A DNA stretch of 64,000 bases, from NCBI GenBank assembly GCA_033442325.1, contig JAWQFM010000031.1, positions 271,393-335,392 of the forward strand. The letters run 5' to 3'. Source of the DNA: Salpingoeca rosetta (taxonomy: Eukaryota; Protista; Choanoflagellata). Below, piece after piece: positions 57,117 through 64,000 of the stretch. Position numbers and translations under genes: made by a program. Below the pieces are notes generated by a model, which did not search any database, was not told the DNA's origin, and was given only the letters and a program-made list of their open reading frames with translations. Within the stretch, counting starts at the first letter, position 1, and each line of letters opens with the position of its first letter.

Positions 57117-57896
57117 ATGGCATTCCTTGAGGAACTGGGTGGCGAGCGCAAGGCTTAAGTGGTGAAGGCGCTTGAGAAGTGGAACTACACGCGCGAGGTG
57201 GCGTCCAAGGTCACGCGTACATTCTACGCGCTCGATTGCACTTGCTCCATGAGCACCAGCTTGAAGAAGACCACGCAAGTCATTGGCACCGTCTTTGAGC
57301 GCACCGAGAAGATTCTTGACGACGCCGGTTTGCTTGGCAACAGCGATGTCGCCATGCAGCTGGCGGCATACCGCAACTACAACGTGGATGCGGACCAGCT
57401 ACTGCAGGTGTCGGGCTGGGAGCAGAACCCGCTTGCACTGCGGCAGTTCCTGTTTGGCCTGAAGGTGAATGGTGGCTGGGGCAACGAAGCGATTGAGGTT
57501 GCGCTTCACCGCGCCAACACGGAGAAGGACGTGTCGCAGGTGATTTTGATTGGCGACGCACCAGCCAACTCCCCAGATGAGGTGGCATCCAAGCGAAACA
57601 GCAAAGGTGAGCGTTACTGGTCCAAGTTTCCCGAGTTTGCCAAATCCACGACCGCGGCGGCCGAGCTACAGAAGCTGAAAGAGAAGGGCATTCCAGTTCA
57701 CGCCTTCTTCATTGATCCTCGCGCCAAGAACTTCTTCAGGCACGCTGCTCAGATGACTGGTGGGCGCTGCGAGTTCCTGGACATTGAGAAGGCGTCTCGC
57801 GCCGACCAGCTCACGAATCTTGTCTCCGAAGAGCTGCTGCGGCGTGTGGGTGGCGATGACCTCGTCAACACCTACCGAGCCACTTTCTGCAAGTGA
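57117..57896 (+). pseudogene. von Willebrand factor A (vWA) domain ORF, intronless, with in-frame TAA at 57156-57158; possible pseudogene or 5'-truncated fragment
   Basis: MIDAS-like ALDCTCSM, AYRNY, GGWGNEAIEVAL, VILIGDAP, IPVHAFFI and A..TGG. The frame reads MAFLEELGGERKA*VVKALEKW. Confidence 0.65.
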
Positions 57897-57899
57897 TGT

Positions 57900-57970
<71 letters not shown>

Positions 57971-58729
57971 AATGTCAGTGTGTGCATGCGAGTTCATTGT
58001 GCTGTTTTGAATGATGTGATTGTTGCACTGCGTGACTTGGCTGCATTCGCCTTTCGTGCACCTCGCGCACTGGGCGTGTTGACTGTTGTGTGTACAGGGG
58101 TTCGTTCATTTTCACGTTCACTCCACCCTGCGTTGCCTCTCCTTTCCTATTTCACACTGTTGTCGACTGTGTTTGGTCTTGATGAGTTGAGTCTTGTGGT
58201 GTTGCTTGCGGTGTTGTTGTGCTTCCAGCATTCATGTCACTCATGCAAGCGAGCTGACCGTCTTCTGTTGTTTTTGCACGTCGTCCTGTGTCTTGTTTGT
58301 CAACATGGCTGTTTTGTTGTTGAACGAAGTAAACTTGTTGATGAATCCTACCACTCATCATGTCAAGACGTAAGAATCACATGCGTCAGCAAAGAAGAGG
58401 TGTTTGGTGACATCACGTCAGAATTCCTTCCCCATTCCTTTCCGTTCACCCCCTCCCCACCCCACCCCACCCCTCACGATTCTTCCACCCACCCGTCCCT
58501 CCATTAAACCCACGTTCTCACGTTGCAACAACGGCTTTATTCCCTCCAACACTCCAACACGTTGATGAAACACAGTTCCCAACACCAACAGCACCAAACA
58601 CCAAACGAAACAAGAAAGAAAGCAAATAACCATCCCAAAAAGAAAAGTCGTTGTAACTGTAACAACTGAAAAGAACACGCACGCGATGGTAACAGCAATG
58701 CGCATGTGTGCATGTGTTTGTGTACGGCT

Positions 58730-58964
58730 TCACCACGAGGTGGGCGGGGATTGCGGCGTGTGCTCGCTGTGCGACTTGTTGCGGGCGCGCATGTTCTGAA
58801 AGTAGATGTTGAGCTGCTTGAGCGACAGCATGGGAAACTGGCGCAGCAGGGCCTCCTTGTCGCTCCTGCGCCGTGATGTTGTGCGGCGGTACGGGTGAGT
58901 GCAAACCAGTGGTGAACGCAACAATGCACAGTCGTGAACACAGCAACACACAGCAACACACAGC

Positions 58965-59001
<37 letters not shown>

Positions 59002-59648
59002 ATACACACACCGCCACCAGCCTGACCGGGTTGGCCGGCGGTTGACGCGGAAGAAGTATTCCCTCAGCTGCTTTGAGACATCGGGCGGCATCTTGCGCGG
59101 GCGCTTGGGCTTTGTCGCAACGTTATCGCTGGCAGTTGTTGGCGCGTGCTGCGGGCATGCGACAGTGTCCGTTGACATGTTGGCGGCAAAGTGCGGGTGG
59201 ATGTGGAGCAAGTTGGGCACAGCTGCAGGCGGGAAGGGCGATGCCATGTTCGGCTGCCCGCTCGACGCACGTCTCTGCGCATGTGTGTGTGTGTGTGTGT
59301 GGTTGTGTGTGTGCGTGTGCGTGTTTGTGTGAGCAGTTGTGGCGCAGCACATGTACATGTGAAATTCTCTCCCTCTTCCCCCCGACACGAGTAAACACCT
59401 CTTCACCCCCCCCCCCTGTCACCAACAACAACCCCCCTTCTCTCCAACACAACTCACCCCTCCGCTGCTGCTGCTGCTGCTGCTGCGCCGCCGTCGCATC
59501 TCTGTCTGCATCTCAGCGACCTGTGCAGCCACCCTCACGCGCTCCTCCTGCGCATGTGCATGTGCATGTGTGCATGTGTGCGAGCACGTCAGTTACATGC
59601 AATCAACGCAAAACACCACCCTTGCACCATCCTTCCCTCAACGCAACC

Positions 59649-59688
<40 letters not shown>

Positions 59689-60546
59689 ACCACCACCATC
59701 ACACACACTCTCTCTCACCACCAACTACCTTTCCCCCCTCCCTCACCTCGGTGATGTCGAAGACGGCGGCGTGCATGCGGATGACCTTGTGCGAGGCCTT
59801 TGGCCCGCCAAACCACCGGTTCGTCTGCGTACTGGAGAGAATAGACGAGTAGTGCTGCTGCGAGATGACCACGCCCAGCTGGGTGAGGAACGCCGCCTTC
59901 TGCTTCTGGCTGCGCAGCCCAAACAGCGACAGCCTGCGGTCCACCTCGCACATGAGCTCGCGCGCCTCCTTTACGTTGAGGACGGGCCCGCACTCTGCCT
60001 CTTCCTTGACGGCCATGCTGCAGCTCACGCTCTTGCTCCTCTTGCTGTTGTTGTTGTTGGTGCTGGTGTTTGTGGTGGTGTGGTGGTTGCTGCTGGTTCG
60101 GTCGGTGTGGTTGGTGTTGTTGATTGCGCTGGGCGTATCGGCACTGCAGCTTGCTGTTCTCCGCGCGCTTGCACGGCGTTGCTGCGTGGCCTTTGCGCCG
60201 CGCTTGTGGGTGTTGGTACCTGGAGAATATGAGGCGGATATGATGTGTGTATGAGGCGGGTATGATGTTCGTGTGAGTCAAACACTGGTCGCGCGCACGT
60301 CGTGCATAAATGCATGCACGCATGGACACACACACACGCCCTTGAATGCACGCTGCTTTGTACCACTCCATGACTCACCAGTTGCTCGCTGGGGGACGCG
60401 GGACTTGTTGCGGCGAGCGTCTGCGCAATGACGACAGGCGGCACAAACGAACAACAGGTTCACGGTGAGCGAGGAAGGCCTCAAGACACGAAAGGCACAG
60501 CGGGTGAGCGAGGAAGGCCTCAAGACACGAATGGCACAACGTTCAA

Positions 60547-60606
<60 letters not shown>

Positions 60607-62545
60607 CGCACAGCAACGTACGCTTGCGGCGCGCGGATGGGTGCGTCGTGGCGGTCTCGTCAGCGTCGCTGCCGCTGTCGTCAACGTCGCCCTCATCTCC
60701 GCTGTCATCCGTATCGGGGACGCCCTCGCTCTCCTTCCTGCCGCCAGTCATCGCGCTCGCTGAGGGCAGGTCCACGGCAGGCACGTGCTGCATGTGCGTG
60801 TCGAGCGGCAGGGCGTGGTCGTGGGCAGGGTGCATGCCGGTGGAGCCTGGCAGCGCAATAGGGTCATCGGCACGCGCAAACCCAAGCGCATCTGTAACAG
60901 ACAGCGTGTGGTGGCGGTGGTGGTGGTGCAGGAGCGATTGATCGCACATTGGATGCTGCAGCTCAAACGGGTGCATGCGGGGCATGGCTGACCACGTTGG
61001 GGCGGCGGCGGCGGCGGTGACGCCAAAGGGGAGGCCCATGCTGGACAGGCTGGACGGCGGCATGCCCGGGGCAGGGTGGCCGTCGAGATAGTGCGGGTGG
61101 TGCGTGTTGAAGTCTGGCAAGCGATCGCCCGGCATGGCGGCTGTGGTGGCGACGGGGAACAACACGCTGTTGCCCTGGTGGTGGGGCTGGTGCTGGTGCT
61201 GTTGGTGGTGTTGATGCTGGTGCTGGTGCTGCTGTTGGTGGTCACGCACGTCGTCAGGCACCTCCGCAAACGGCTGGTGCTGTTGTGCCTGGACCATGTG
61301 GTGGTGGTGGATGTGGTGGTGCTGGTGGCGATAGACTTGGGAGGCGAGGCGATCGCAGTGCTGTCTGCCAAAGGACGTCGGGATGGCCGCCGTGCCCACA
61401 AACGGGTGCTGTCCGATGGGCACACGCGCGAGGGCTGGGCGGTCCTGCAGCGGCATGTGCGGCTGCATGGGCGCCTGATGGTAGATGTGACCCCGAAATG
61501 CGTGGGCTTCCACCACCGGCGGCGGTTGTGGGGACTGGTGGAGTGCGTTGGACGTGTCGGACGTGGTCGCGGCCGTGGCAGTTGTGGTGGTCGCAGTTGT
61601 GGTGGTCTCAGTGTGGGATGCCGCGGGCTGTTGCGCGTGCTGTTGTCGTTGCTGCTGTGCAGGTCCTTGCTCCTGTTCCCCAGCTGCAAATAACGGAGAG
61701 CCGGAGATGGGGGGGGGGGGGTTGGTGACGTTACAGCGAGCATGTACGGTTGATGGTGAAGTGTACGCAAGGGCACGCACAAACACAGACACAGAAACAC
61801 AGACACAGACACAGACACAGACACAGACACAGACACATGTGCATTCATACACAGACACACAAAGGAACAACTTACGTGGTCGTCGCTGACGATGCAGAAA
61901 AGTTGAGGAGGAGCGGGAGATGGATGTCGGGGATGGCAGCATGGAGGATGCTGCAGACGAGTTTGAAGAGTTTGACGAGGATGAGGGTGATGATCCCGAG
62001 GTGTACGCGGAGGAAAGCGAGCTGTCGTGGGCGCCATCACTCGCCTCCGCGACCTGCGCGTCCTCCTGCCATGCCGGCAACGCACGCGTGTCGGTGTGCA
62101 AGGCAGGATGCCGGAGGTTCTGGTGGTGCTGGTGCTGCTGGTGGTGGTGGTGCGGGGAAGGCTTTGGCCGCCCGTTTTGGTCGGTGAAACTTGGGGTAGG
62201 TGAGGGTGTCTTTGTCGCCGCAGGGGTGGTGGTGGATGTGAGTGTTGTTGTGTGCGGTGGATCGGCCATCGTCACAATGCACGAGGGCGGCGAGAGCGGT
62301 GGCGACGCAGGCACCAGCGGTTGCACGACGCGACGAGGAGGCGCACCCGTGTCAGCGGCCCGACAGCCTTGCTGGTGCAGGTGAGCACTGTCCGGGTGTT
62401 GGAGTTGTTGTTGCTGTAGTGGATGTGAAGATTGCGGGAGAGGTGACAACGGAGCGATGGTGATGCTGTTGCCAGAGCACTGCCGATGGATGTGTGTGGA
62501 CAGCTCTTGCGGTGCAACCGCCTGTAGAATGGGGTCAACGTCCAT
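58730..62545 (-). CDS. Putative homeodomain transcription factor: long His/Gln/Pro/Ser-rich N-terminus, CUT/POU-like helical domain, C-terminal atypical homeodomain; ~7 exons, 5' end uncertain
   Basis: Splicing 59027/58865 gives KPKRPRKMPPDVSKQLREYFFRVNRRPTRSDKEALLRQFPMLSLKQLNIYFQNMRARNK, with L16, F20, P26, L40, F49, N51 and R53 of the homeodomain. Upstream exons at ~62545-61876, ~61684-60622, ~60420-60378, 60219-59747, 59520-59458 and 59274-59027 join in frame. Confidence 0.78.
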
Positions 62546-63416
62546 TTCACCGAGAAGAAGAAGAACAAGGAAGGAGGAGAACAAGGGAGGAGAACAAGAA
62601 CAAAGGGGGGGGGGTGCGAAACGAGGAGCACCGCAGGCAACCAAGGAGGGGTCGTCGCTTTCCAACGCGTGGTGTCGCCGAGGTGGTGCGTGGTGAAGGT
62701 GCTTTTGTTCTGGCCGTTGCCCGTGTGTGGTTGCAGGGAACAGAAGGGGTTGTCGTGCAGATGGCGAGGATCACTTGGCAAAGCGCACAGGAGTGCAGGG
62801 CATATAAGGTGGGCGAGAAGGAAGGGGAACAAGTGGAGACAGCCACGTTTGCCAGACAACAAGCAAGAAGCAAGAGAAAGACAAGAGAAGAAGGAGAGAA
62901 GAGGGAGAAGGAGAAGGAGAAGAGGGAGAGAAAAGGCAAAGACACACGCACACAGCAACACAACCGCAGCAACACAGTGAACGTGCATGCAAGCAAGCAA
63001 CAAGCAACAAGCCACAAGCCACAAGCAAGGAGGGAAAACTTACGCTGTGTTGTGTGCGTCATGTGTGTGTGGAAAGAAACTTGTTTGTGCGGTGGTTGCT
63101 TGCAGGCAAAGGTTGCTGGGCGACGGGGCGTTTCGAACCGCTCTTTCGAAAATCGACACCAAGCATTTCGCGTCTCTTCGAGGCATCGTTGTGCATGGGT
63201 AGAAAGCGTTTAATAGTGCATCAAATCAGAAGAGAAGGCGGTGTGTGGCGGCATCATGCGGGTGTGCAGGATTCCATGTTCAATTAAAACAAAATGTGAA
63301 CGACGAAGCGTCACGATGAAACGGGGTGGGCCTACACACAAAGTGCAACGGCGCGCCAGCATGAGAAATCAAAGCAACAACGTTAAAAGCGCATGAAAGT
63401 AAGATGAATTTTTCAT

Positions 63417-63565
<149 letters not shown>

Positions 63566-63912
63566 GTGTGTGTGTGGTGGAACGAACGCGCCATCACTTA
63601 CATTGTGCAAACACACACGACCTCACACACACATGCAAACACACACGACCTCACACAAACATACACGCATCAACCTACCCATTGCAGCGCGAGCTGTGCC
63701 TGCTCCAATGCATCCACGTGGGTCTGAAGAACAGCAAAAAGGGTGTGAGCGCATTGGATGATTGGGAGGGGGGTGTTGGTGTTGGGCGGGGACGTTGGCG
63801 CGTGGTGTGGGCAGGCGGAAAGAAAGGCAAGGCAGCAAGGCAGACAGCTGGAAAGATAAACGGGAGGGGGGAAACGTAGACGGGAGGAAGCCAGACGCAC
63901 ACAGGCACACAC

Positions 63913-64000
<88 letters not shown>

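Noticed and set aside
58775-59110. TALE-class homeodomain
   Set aside because: There is only one extra residue between helices 1 and 2, no PYP motif, and residue 50 is Q.

Overview
Eukaryotic, intron-rich draft genomic DNA with GT-AG introns full of (TG)n/(CA)n microsatellites and four N gaps. The style and gene content suggest a choanoflagellate such as Salpingoeca rosetta (inference). Most ORF-track entries are microsatellite noise. By hand-splicing I can support about 12 genes, in order: (1) 3' part of an MscS-family channel (+); (2) LRR-TM-TKL receptor kinase with a polyQ ectodomain (-); (3) signal-peptide protein of ~23 four-Cys repeats ending in the ER-retrieval-like HVEL (+); (4) short-type ABCC/MRP transporter (+); (5,6) two tandem paralogous CCCH-finger/KH-like/macrodomain/WWE/PARP genes (+); (7) a second, inverted ABCC paralog (-); (8) a small intronless unknown ORF (+); (9) a GPI-anchored Cys-rich surface protein (-); (10) a bacterial-type LpqC/PHB-depolymerase-like esterase with introns (+); (11) a vWA ORF with an in-frame stop (+); (12) a putative transcription factor with a CUT/POU-like helical domain plus an atypical non-TALE homeodomain (-). 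Three observations stand out. The PARP pair joins ZAP-like CCCH fingers (hidden on micro-exons) to a PARP14-like KH/macro/WWE/mono-ART body, with divergence concentrated in the sensor region and catalytic loops. That pair sits between inverted ABCC genes with patchwork near-identity. The CUT/POU-like homeobox gene belongs to an architecture usually treated as animal-type. All domain calls come from motif recognition by eye and need HMM or structure confirmation.
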